Source: Anaerolinea sp. (GTDB lineage Bacteria; Chloroflexota; Anaerolineae; SpSt-313). Taken from it: 24,000 nucleotides of DNA. Position 1 is the stretch's first letter, and every line of letters starts with the position of its first letter. Under the pieces are notes generated by a model. The model was not told the DNA's origin. It saw nothing but the letters and a program-made list of their open reading frames with translations, and searched no databases. The DNA lies in the NCBI GenBank assembly GCA_020725765.1, contig DYEI01000232.1, positions 17,014 to 41,013 on the forward strand, given 5' to 3'. A program made the position numbers and the translations under genes. Positions 16,246 through 23,575 of the stretch are shown in pieces.

Positions 16246-16944
16246 TCATTGGTTGCCCTCAGTTGCCAGGTGCCGCAGGCGAGCGAGGGCCTTTGCGATC
16301 CCCTCCGGCGCCTCAAACACGGCGGCCCCTGCGACCAGGACGTTCGCCCCCGCTGCCACAACCCGACCGATGGTATCGGGGTTGATGCCCCCGTCTACCT
16401 CTATGTCGCAATCCAACCCCCGCTGGTCTAGCATCGCCCGGAGGCGGGCGATCTTGTCCAGTGTGCTTTCGACAAGCGCCTGCCCCCCGAAACCGGGGTC
16501 CACGGTCATCACCAGGACCGTGTCCACCTCCGGGGCGATCTCTTCGATGTGACATAACGGCGTGGCGGGATTCAACGACACGCCCACGCCCTTTCCGAGC
16601 CTGCGCACCGTCTCAACGAGTCGATGCAGGTGCCAGGTCGCCTCGACGTGCACGGTCAGCAGGTCCGCGCCGGCTGCGGCAAAGCGCTCGATAAAGTCCT
16701 CCGGGCGCTCGATCATGAGGTGCACGTGCACAGGCAGGCGCGTGGCCTTGCGTACTGCCCGGACGACCATCGGGCCGACGGTGATGTTGGGCACAAAGTG
16801 GCCGTCCATCACATCGACGTGGATCAGGTCGGCCCCTGCGGCCTCGGCCTCCGCGACCTGCTCGCCCAGCCGGGCAAAGTCTGCCGAGAGGATCGAGGGT
16901 GCGAGTCGGATCGGCCGTTGCCTCCAGGCAACCGAAGGCTGCAT
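16246..16944 (-). CDS. rpe: Ribulose-phosphate 3-epimerase
   Basis: IAPSILSADFARLGE, HVDVMDGHFVPN, MTV.PGFGGQ and EVDGGI are Rpe motifs. Start set at ATG 16944. The track start at 17004 is a TTG overlapping the rlmN 3' end. Confidence 0.9.
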   Translation of the reverse strand: MQPSVAWRQRPIRLAPSILSADFARLGEQVAEAEAAGADLIHVDVMDGHFVPNITVGPMVVRAVRKATRLPVHVHLMIERPEDFIERFAAAGADLLTVHVEATWHLHRLVETVRRLGKGVGVSLNPATPLCHIEEIAPEVDTVLVMTVDPGFGGQALVESTLDKIARLRAMLDQRGLDCDIEVDGGINPDTIGRVVAAGANVLVAGAAVFEAPEGIAKALARLRHLATEGNQ

Positions 16945-16990
16945 GGGGCCGCGCGCGTCCGCCTGAAGCTTCTGAACGGAACGGGTTTCG

Positions 16991-18055
16991 CTAGACGTTG
17001 ACAACGGTCTGGCACTCCACCGGCGCGCTGCGTAGCTGGCCGCACCCCGCCTGGATGTCGGCCCCGCGGCTCAGACGCAACGTCGCATTGATTCCCCGAT
17101 GCCTGAGCCTGGCCTCAAAAGCCAGGATGCGCTCGCGGGGCGAGGGCCTGCACGGCAGGTCAGGAACCGGGTTCACCGGGATCAGATTGACGTGGCACAG
17201 GAGGCCGTGCAGCAGGCTGGCGAGGGCGTCTGCCTGGGCGAGCGTGTCGTTCACGCCGTCGATCATGGCGTACTCAAAGGTGACGCGCCGCCGAGTCTTT
17301 TCAGTGTAGTTGCGGCAGGCCCCGATCAGCACCGCCAGCGGGTACCGCTGGTTCACGGGAACGAGGCGGCTGCGCAGCTCGTCGTCCGGGGCGTGCAGCG
17401 AAACGGCCAGGCCAACGCCGGGCGCTTCCTGAGCCAGGCGCTCGATACCAGGCACGATGCCGACGGTCGAGAGCGTGATGCGACGCGCCCCGAGGTTCAT
17501 GCCCGCGGGATCGTTCAGCACAGCGATCGACCGCAGCACGGCGTCCATGTTCAGGAATGGCTCGCCCATCCCCATGAAGACCAGGTTGCTGACCGTCTGA
17601 CCGCTGGCTTTGAGCTGGCGGGCGTAGTAGAGGACCTGGTCCACGATCTCTCCAGCGCTCAGGTTCCGCTGCCAGCCGCCAACTCCGGTCGCGCAGAAGG
17701 TGCAGCGGATGGCGCAGCCGACCTGGCTGGAGACACAGACCGTCTGCCGCCCCTCGTAGCACATCAGCACCGTCTCGATGGTGTGGCCGTCGGCGAGCGC
17801 GAGGAGGACCTTCTCCGTGCGGCCGTCCTGCGATCGCAGGGTGCGCAGCGGTCTGACGCTGCTGATCGTGAACTCTTCTGCCAGCCTCTTGCGGAGCTCC
17901 ATGGGAAGGTTGGTCATCTCGCCGGGGTCCGACACCAGGCTCACGTATAGCCAGCGCCAGATCTGGTCGGCGCGATAGCGGGGCTGGCCCCAGGCTACGA
18001 TGAGAGTCTGGAGCTCCTCCTTACTGACCTCCGTGAGCGCCCTCTTCTGCTCCAT
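16991..18055 (-). CDS. rlmN: 23S rRNA/tRNA (adenine-C2)-methyltransferase RlmN (radical SAM)
   Basis: 354 aa. RA.QIWRWLY at the N-terminus, radical-SAM CAIRCTFCATG, MGMGEP, and a conserved C-terminal DI.AGCGQL. Confidence 0.95.
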   Translation of the reverse strand: MEQKRALTEVSKEELQTLIVAWGQPRYRADQIWRWLYVSLVSDPGEMTNLPMELRKRLAEEFTISSVRPLRTLRSQDGRTEKVLLALADGHTIETVLMCYEGRQTVCVSSQVGCAIRCTFCATGVGGWQRNLSAGEIVDQVLYYARQLKASGQTVSNLVFMGMGEPFLNMDAVLRSIAVLNDPAGMNLGARRITLSTVGIVPGIERLAQEAPGVGLAVSLHAPDDELRSRLVPVNQRYPLAVLIGACRNYTEKTRRRVTFEYAMIDGVNDTLAQADALASLLHGLLCHVNLIPVNPVPDLPCRPSPRERILAFEARLRHRGINATLRLSRGADIQAGCGQLRSAPVECQTVVNV

Positions 18056-18168
18056 CGCCAGTACCTACGTAAGGGACCGGGCCTTCTGAGCCCTGCGCCC
18101 GATCTGAAGCCCGGTCCCAGAGGTCAGACCATTCCCCTCCCGTGCGGGCACGCAACGGCGTGCGGGCC

Positions 18169-18876
18169 CTAGTCCCTCCGCCGCATGCCCGAGAGCAAGA
18201 ACACGTAGTAGAGCAGCGACATGACCGCCTGCGCCACGGCGGCGACATAGGTCAGGGCTGCAGCAGAGAGCACGCTCCGGACGCCCTGCTCCTCCGCGGT
18301 GGATGTGACGAGGCCCGTGGTGCGCAGCGCCTCCAGAGCGCGACGGCTGGCGTTGAGCTCGACCGGCAGGGTGACCAGAGCAAAGACTGCGGCGAGGGCG
18401 AAGAAGCCGACCCCGATAAGCGCCAGGTTGAACTGGTCGAGAAGGTAGCCCACGAAGAAGAGGATGGGTCCCAACCAGGAGCCAAAGGTCAGGATGGGCA
18501 CGAGCCCTGCCCTCAGGCGCAACCCCACATAGTCGGTAGCGTCCTGCGCGGCGTGCCCGACCTCGTGGGCCACGATCCCCAGGGCTGCGACCGAGCCCGA
18601 GTTGGCCACGCCAGCGGAGAGCCGCAGGATCTTGCTCCGCGGATCGTAGTGATCGGTCAGCACGCCCGGCGTGCCTTCGATTCCCACGCCGCCGAGCCCG
18701 CCCGCGGCGAGCAGATAGCGGGCCGCGTCGTATCCAGTGATGCGACGGGCGTTGGGAATGCGCGAGTACTTGTTATACGATGAGTGCACCTTGTACTGGG
18801 CATAGAGGGCGAGCAGCAGGGCAGGCAACCCGAAGATAAAGTACAGCAGATTATAGTAACCCAAAAAGAGCGGCAT
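18169..18876 (-). CDS. YugP-type membrane zinc metallopeptidase (Zn_peptidase_2 family)
   Basis: 235 aa from ATG 18876, with GGGAGG SD 8 nt upstream. HEVGHA zinc motif, N-terminal TMH, Y.KYS...N and L..HYDP..K.L.LS. The 59-aa track extension overlaps the HAD gene and looks off-frame. Confidence 0.88.
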   Translation of the reverse strand: MPLFLGYYNLLYFIFGLPALLLALYAQYKVHSSYNKYSRIPNARRITGYDAARYLLAAGGLGGVGIEGTPGVLTDHYDPRSKILRLSAGVANSGSVAALGIVAHEVGHAAQDATDYVGLRLRAGLVPILTFGSWLGPILFFVGYLLDQFNLALIGVGFFALAAVFALVTLPVELNASRRALEALRTTGLVTSTAEEQGVRSVLSAAALTYVAAVAQAVMSLLYYVFLLSGMRRRD

Positions 18877-18917
18877 AGTACGGACCTCCCTCTGCACCAA
18901 CACCGTGCAGTCGGTGA

Positions 18918-18946
18918 AGTATACTACAAGCAGAGTCGTCTGTAAA
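18918..18946 (-). promoter_or_regulatory. Sigma-70 promoter for the peptidase(-rlmN-rpe) unit
   Basis: The minus strand reads TTTACA (18946-18941), a 17-nt spacer, then TATACT (18923-18918). It starts 3 nt after the HAD stop codon. The leader contains a 6-bp hairpin CTGCAC/GTGCAG before the SD. Confidence 0.55.
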
Positions 18947-18949
18947 GTC

Positions 18950-19756
18950 TCAGGCGCTTTCGGCCATCTCGGCGCGCCAGGCGGCCATGAGCTCGCGCAC
19001 GCTCTCGCAGACCCAGGTCGGGCAGATGTGGCAATCGGGCCCCGGGGGCTCATGCGTCACCCCCGAGAGCACCAGGATGGTCGGCAGGCCAAGCTGCTGG
19101 CCGCCGAGGATGTCGGTCTCCAGACGGTCCCCGAGGATAGCGGTGCGCTCCCGAGGCTGGCCGAGGCGGGAGATCGCCATCTCGAGCATGGGGGGCTCTG
19201 GCTTGCCGATGATGCGTGGGGTCACATCCGTCGCGGCGACCAGCGCTGCGACAATGGCCCCGGCCCCCGGTATCTGCCCTGCCTCCGTCGGCAGGGTGCG
19301 GTCGGGGTTGGTTGCGACGAATGCCGCGCCTGCGCGGATGGCCAGCGTGGCGTCGCGGAGCCTGCCGTAGGTGAGCTGGCGGTCGAGGCCCACCACGACC
19401 ACGTCGGGCTCTCTCTCCGTCACGTGCAGGCCCTGCTCGCGGATGGCACTCTCCAGTCCGCTCTCGCCGACAATGAAAACCCTCGCGCCAAGGCCATAGT
19501 TGCGCGCGAGGAACTCGGCTGTGGCTGCGGCGGAGGTGAGGATGCGGCTGGCCGGCACCCTGATGCCCATGGCCGCCAGGCGCCTCTCGTAGGCAGCGGC
19601 GTCGAGCGTCGAGTTGTTGGTGAGGAGCACGAAGGGGAAGGACCGGTCCGTGAGCCATGAGAGGAACTCGGCAGCTCCTGGCACGGCCGTGTTCCCTCTG
19701 TAAAGCACACCGTCCATGTCGATGATGATAGCCCGCAAGTCGCGCAGAGTAGTCAT
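18950..19756 (-). CDS. HAD-superfamily subfamily IIA hydrolase (NagD-like sugar/nucleotide phosphatase)
   Basis: 268 aa. Motif I IIDMDGVLYRG, LTNNS, and C-terminal GD.L.TDI.GG. ATGA overlap with the upstream YqeC::MocA gene. Confidence 0.9.
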   Translation of the reverse strand: MTTLRDLRAIIIDMDGVLYRGNTAVPGAAEFLSWLTDRSFPFVLLTNNSTLDAAAYERRLAAMGIRVPASRILTSAAATAEFLARNYGLGARVFIVGESGLESAIREQGLHVTEREPDVVVVGLDRQLTYGRLRDATLAIRAGAAFVATNPDRTLPTEAGQIPGAGAIVAALVAATDVTPRIIGKPEPPMLEMAISRLGQPRERTAILGDRLETDILGGQQLGLPTILVLSGVTHEPPGPDCHICPTWVCESVRELMAAWRAEMAESA

Positions 19757-21120
19757 AGTCGGTTCCTGCCATCCTCCAGTCGTCTGAGCCGCTCGAGGTC
19801 CTCCTGCGTATCGACATCCTCAAAGGGAAGGGGGTCGTCGAACTGCAGGAGCTCGCCTCGGGTCGCGTATCGGTCCCTGATCTGCCGCCCGCCCGCATCG
19901 CCCTGCAGGGCGCTCAGCTCGTCAAAGAGCTCGCGGGAGAAGAGTGTCGGAGAGCGCGGTTGGCCGCGACAGAGCGGCACGATCAGCGGGGCTCCCGTCA
20001 GGGCCTGCCTCGAAAGGAGCGCATCCAGCTCACGCGCTCCGAGGAGCGGCTGGTCAGCATTGACAAAAGCCACGGCCGCTACCCGATCGGCCACGGTCCT
20101 GAGGCCTGTGCGGATGGAGCTGGCCACGCCTTCCTCCCACCCCATGTTGACGACGCATTGCAGGTGCGGCGAGGCGTCCGCTGAGAGAAGGGGGGCCAGC
20201 CGCTCGGCGCCGCTTCCAAGCACGACGACAACCTCCGTCGCCAATGAAGAGAGGGCTGCCGTCACGACGCGTGTGAGCAGAGTCCCGCCCTGCCACAGCT
20301 CGGCCTGCTTGGGGCGGCCGAAGCGGCGGCTTTCGCCCGCTGCCAGCACGATTACAGCGCTGGGTTGCCAGCACTCGCAGGCCTGCGGGGACCCAAGCAC
20401 GGCGCCAACGACAACGCGCGAAATCCGGCCGTGGGCTCGCAGGACCGCCGCAGCAACCCTCCTGCCGGCGGCGCGGCGCTCGGGCGTGTCGGCCTGATTG
20501 CATAGGGGTACCACCCGTGCCATCGACGGGACGTTCCGCAGGCCGCCCTCGGGGTGCAGCAACAGGCGGGCCAGCGCAGCCTCCGTGACCACCGCGCCCG
20601 GCTGAAGCTCCAGCAGCCCCGCAAGCACCTCGAGCCTGTGTGCGACCTCGGCCGTCAACGGCTGCCCGACCGCCGCGAGGCCGACTACCGGCACGACCAG
20701 GGTGGCACAGGGAGGGATGGCTGGCTCGTGCGAGGCCGGCGCCTTCAGCCAGCGTCCGCGCGCCCCGTCCGCCTCGACCAGCACATAGTCGGCGAGCCCG
20801 GTGAGCGGCTCAACGTCCCCGCCCGGAAGGCCGATCAGCCGCCGGTCGGGACCTTGCTCTGCTACGACGAAGGCCCGACCCTCGCGCCGCAGGGCGCCGG
20901 CCAGGGCTTTCAGCCGCCCTTCGCGTGCCCTGCTGACGATGAGCGGCCAGCCTGCCTCGGGGGGCGGCGGCCACATGTGGGTGGTTGTGGTGGCGATAAC
21001 GGTGTGCCCTTCGCGCCAGAGCTCGTCGGCCAGGCGGTAGAGGGCGGCCGTCTTCCCTCCCGCACCCACAAAGGCCACAGTCTCGCGGGTGCCAATGCCC
21101 AGGCCCTGCGCCAGCCTCAC
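19753..21120 (-). CDS. Fusion protein: YqeC-like (selenium-dependent hydroxylase accessory family) N-terminal domain plus MocA/MobA-like molybdenum cofactor cytidylyltransferase C-terminal domain
   Basis: 455 aa. N-terminal half: VAFVGAGGKTAALYRLA...VIATTTTHMWPP (YqeC-type P-loop). C-terminal half: VIVLAAGESRRFG.PKQ, WEEGVASSIR.G, NADQPL (NTP_transf_3/MocA-type). GTG start with GGAGGG SD 5 nt upstream. Confidence 0.85.
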   Translation of the reverse strand: MRLAQGLGIGTRETVAFVGAGGKTAALYRLADELWREGHTVIATTTTHMWPPPPEAGWPLIVSRAREGRLKALAGALRREGRAFVVAEQGPDRRLIGLPGGDVEPLTGLADYVLVEADGARGRWLKAPASHEPAIPPCATLVVPVVGLAAVGQPLTAEVAHRLEVLAGLLELQPGAVVTEAALARLLLHPEGGLRNVPSMARVVPLCNQADTPERRAAGRRVAAAVLRAHGRISRVVVGAVLGSPQACECWQPSAVIVLAAGESRRFGRPKQAELWQGGTLLTRVVTAALSSLATEVVVVLGSGAERLAPLLSADASPHLQCVVNMGWEEGVASSIRTGLRTVADRVAAVAFVNADQPLLGARELDALLSRQALTGAPLIVPLCRGQPRSPTLFSRELFDELSALQGDAGGRQIRDRYATRGELLQFDDPLPFEDVDTQEDLERLRRLEDGRNRL

Positions 21121-21121
21121 C

Positions 21122-21241
21122 TTAGCCCTCCGGCCAGCGGGTGCGAGTCAGGGCATCCGGGCCGCCCGCGGTGACGTTCGCCTCAGCGAGCCGGGCTGGG
21201 GTAGCATGTTGTGGCGCTGGCGCGGCGTTCGTGATCAGCAT
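21122..21241 (-). CDS. Candidate 39-codon upstream ORF / leader peptide (speculative)
   Basis: ATG 21241 is preceded by AGAAGG 5 nt upstream. It encodes MLITNAAPAPQHATPARLAEANVTAGGPDALTRTRWPEG. The TAA stop (21124-21122) lies 1 nt before the GTG of the YqeC::MocA gene. 30 of 39 third positions are G/C. There is no homology evidence. Confidence 0.25.
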   Translation of the reverse strand: MLITNAAPAPQHATPARLAEANVTAGGPDALTRTRWPEG

Positions 21242-21288
21242 GGTGGCCTTCTCGGGGGCAGACCTCTTGTGGCGCCCTGCGGGCGCGG

Positions 21289-21318
21289 ATTATACCATGC
21301 CGAAGGGACGCAGGGCAA
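21289..21318 (-). promoter_or_regulatory. Candidate sigma-70 promoter (extended -10) for the YqeC::MocA-HAD unit
   Basis: The minus strand reads TTGCCC (21318-21313), an 18-nt spacer, then TGgTATAAT (-10 at 21294-21289). A GC palindrome GCGCCC-GCA-GGGCGC (21286-21272) sits at the predicted transcription start. Confidence 0.5.
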
Positions 21319-21402
21319 CCTGAGGCCGACTGCAATGCTGGCGAGTGGCGTTCCCGACCTCACCGTTGCGGACGCTGCGGTCCATCCGACCGATCCAAGA
21401 GG

Positions 21403-22419
21403 TCAGAGGATGAGCTCCTCTACGGCGGGTAGCCGGAGGCCTGTCCGCTCCTGCAGCAGAGCGTAGGCAGATCGCAGATGATAGCTGCTCTGAGCCATCA
21501 ACTGAGTCGCCTCCGGCCGCATGCCGAGGACCTCGGGACCCAGCCGGAAGGACAGCCAGATGGAGAGGACCCGCTTGGCCGCTGCGGCTGCCTCGAAGAA
21601 AGCCAGGTCTTCCGTTGGCACGCCCCGCAGGCGCTCGTACGTGCCGAGGATATAGTCGCGGGCCTCGCGGCCAAGGCTTCCCTCGGCAAGGAGGAGGGTC
21701 CACGCGAGGTCGAAGCGATAGTCCGTTACGCCGGCCTGCGTCCAGTCGATGACAGACACGGCTCCATCAGGCCTCAGCAGAATGTTCCAGGGGTGAAAGT
21801 CGAGGTGTGTGACCGCCGGGAAGGCCGAGCGCACCCGGGAAGCTTCCGTCGCAAGCCAGTCGAGCACGGGGGCAGCCTCCGTGACCCCGAAGCGGTCGAG
21901 AAGGCCTCGCGCTTCCTGAGGCCAGCGTTCGACGCAATCCTCCGGCCGAAAGCGATCCGGGCCGGACACAAAGGGCTGCCAGTCAAGCCGATGCAAGTCA
22001 GCAAAGAGCAGACAGAAGCGGTTGACGAGGCGCTCCGCCTCCTCTCGGGGGCTCGCGATGAGCACCTGTCCGAGCAGGCGCCCATCCACGCGCTCCATGA
22101 TGACGACCGGCCTGCCGGCGTCGTCGCGGTCCAGGCAAAACACCTGTGGCACCGGGTACCCCTGCTGGCAGAGCTGACGCATGGCGGCAAACTCGCGCGC
22201 AGCCTTGGCTGGCCCTGCTTCGCCGGGATAGATGCGCAGAATCAGACCCTTGCGGTGCAATTCGCCATCCTCCCGGGTCTCCACGTCGAACGACCAGACC
22301 TCGCACTCCCACCCGTCGCTGATGGGCCTGAGGTCTGAGATCACCATCTCGGCGCGGTCGCCAAAGGCACGCCGACAGGCCTGGAGCAGGAACCCGGGGA
22401 GCTGTTCATCTGACGTCAT
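21403..22419 (-). CDS. Aminoglycoside phosphotransferase (APH)/choline-kinase-fold phosphotransferase family protein
   Basis: 338 aa. Catalytic loop HLDFHPWNILL and metal-binding VIDWTQAG, with an N-terminal lobe ending in LILRIY. GAGGA SD lies inside the 3' end of the upstream gene, and the gap is 3 nt. Confidence 0.88.
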   Translation of the reverse strand: MTSDEQLPGFLLQACRRAFGDRAEMVISDLRPISDGWECEVWSFDVETREDGELHRKGLILRIYPGEAGPAKAAREFAAMRQLCQQGYPVPQVFCLDRDDAGRPVVIMERVDGRLLGQVLIASPREEAERLVNRFCLLFADLHRLDWQPFVSGPDRFRPEDCVERWPQEARGLLDRFGVTEAAPVLDWLATEASRVRSAFPAVTHLDFHPWNILLRPDGAVSVIDWTQAGVTDYRFDLAWTLLLAEGSLGREARDYILGTYERLRGVPTEDLAFFEAAAAAKRVLSIWLSFRLGPEVLGMRPEATQLMAQSSYHLRSAYALLQERTGLRLPAVEELIL

Positions 22420-22422
22420 GGA

Positions 22423-23556
22423 TCATCCTCGCGGCCGGATCTGGACGAAGCGGCCATCCTGAACCTGGAAGATGTAGATCGTCTGCTGGCGCAGATCGCC
22501 CTTCTCATCGTAGGAGATGGGGCCGACGAGGGAATCGAAGGAGAGCGTGCGGATGGCGTCCGCCACCTTGCGACCGTCGAGGCTCTTCGCGTGCCTGACG
22601 CCCTCCGCCAGCACCGACATGGCCGTATACCCGGCCACGCTGTAGGTCCCGGGGTTGCGGGCCTCGACTTGCTGGTACTCCTTCCACCACTTCTCATCCA
22701 CGACGGCAGCCGAGTCGGGGGTGACGCCGGAGACGTAGGCACCCTCGGCGGCGGCTCCCGAGCCATCGATGAACTCGTAGAGGAAGCAGCCGTCGGAGGC
22801 CATGAACGGCGCCTTCAGGCCCGCCTCGCGCAGCTCGGGCAGGAGGACATAGCCCTCCGTCTCGTATCCAGCAAGGAAGATGGCGTCCGGGTTGAGAGCG
22901 ACAAGCCGGTCCACGGCAGGCCTGTGGCTGGCCGCAGCCTCCTCGATCTCGATTTCGGCGGCAGGCTCCAGGCCGCGGGCCTGGAGGGCGGCCCGCATCT
23001 CCGCTCGGAGGCCGCGACCGTAGCCGTTGTTGGCGTACACAACGGCGATACGCTTCGCGCCAAGCTCGTGGACGATAAAGTCCGCCGCCGCGGGGGCCTG
23101 TGCGGCATCGGTCGCATTGACGCGGAAAAAGTTGCGGTACCCCCTGGCGGTGAGCGACACATCGGTCGCCGTCGGAGTGATGACCACGATCGGCAGGTCT
23201 TTGTAGACCTCCATGGCGGCGGCCGTCTGATCGCTGTTGTAGTGTCCGATGACCCCCAGCACCGGCTCCCGGCCCACAGCCGACGCGACCTCGGCGGCGA
23301 TTCGGGCGGCCACCTCGGTATCGGCCTCGTCGTCCAGCTCGACGACGCGGACGCGCCGGCCCAGCAGGCCGCCGGAGCGGTTGAGCCGCTCTGCCATCAG
23401 CCGCACGCCACCGACGACGGTCTGCCCGCCCTCGGCCTGCCAGCCCGAGAGTGGGGCAGCGACGTAGACGATGACCTCGCCCTGCAGGCGCGGGCCGCAG
23501 GAGAGAAAGCTGGACATAACCAGGACCAGACCCAACAGGCAACTCAGTCTGCGCAT
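22423..23556 (-). CDS. ABC-transporter-type substrate-binding lipoprotein (type 1 periplasmic binding fold, Leu/Ile/Val-binding family)
   Basis: 377 aa from ATG 23556, with GGAGGAG SD 8 nt upstream. Signal peptide MRRLSCLLGLVLVMSSFLSCG has a Cys lipobox-like end. IVYVAAPLSG......G..L......N..GG.LGR.V......D is typical of LivJ/LivK-like proteins. No permease or ATPase gene is adjacent. Confidence 0.9.
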   Translation of the reverse strand: MRRLSCLLGLVLVMSSFLSCGPRLQGEVIVYVAAPLSGWQAEGGQTVVGGVRLMAERLNRSGGLLGRRVRVVELDDEADTEVAARIAAEVASAVGREPVLGVIGHYNSDQTAAAMEVYKDLPIVVITPTATDVSLTARGYRNFFRVNATDAAQAPAAADFIVHELGAKRIAVVYANNGYGRGLRAEMRAALQARGLEPAAEIEIEEAAASHRPAVDRLVALNPDAIFLAGYETEGYVLLPELREAGLKAPFMASDGCFLYEFIDGSGAAAEGAYVSGVTPDSAAVVDEKWWKEYQQVEARNPGTYSVAGYTAMSVLAEGVRHAKSLDGRKVADAIRTLSFDSLVGPISYDEKGDLRQQTIYIFQVQDGRFVQIRPRG

Positions 23557-23575
23557 GCGGAACACTCCTCCGAGG

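Noticed and set aside
21121-21288. Calling the YqeC::MocA leader a Moco riboswitch
   Set aside because: It is attractive functionally. However, I could not reproduce the conserved Moco-motif core or a multi-stem junction by eye, so it stays a hypothesis to test with a covariance model and is not annotated as ncRNA.
21089-21466. Plus-strand ORFs of 125 aa (21089-21466) and 60 aa (21141-21323) filling the large intergenic gap
   Set aside because: They overlap the flanking minus-strand genes, have no SD, and are rich in Arg/Gly/Ala/Trp. The region is better explained as a minus-strand promoter plus leader.
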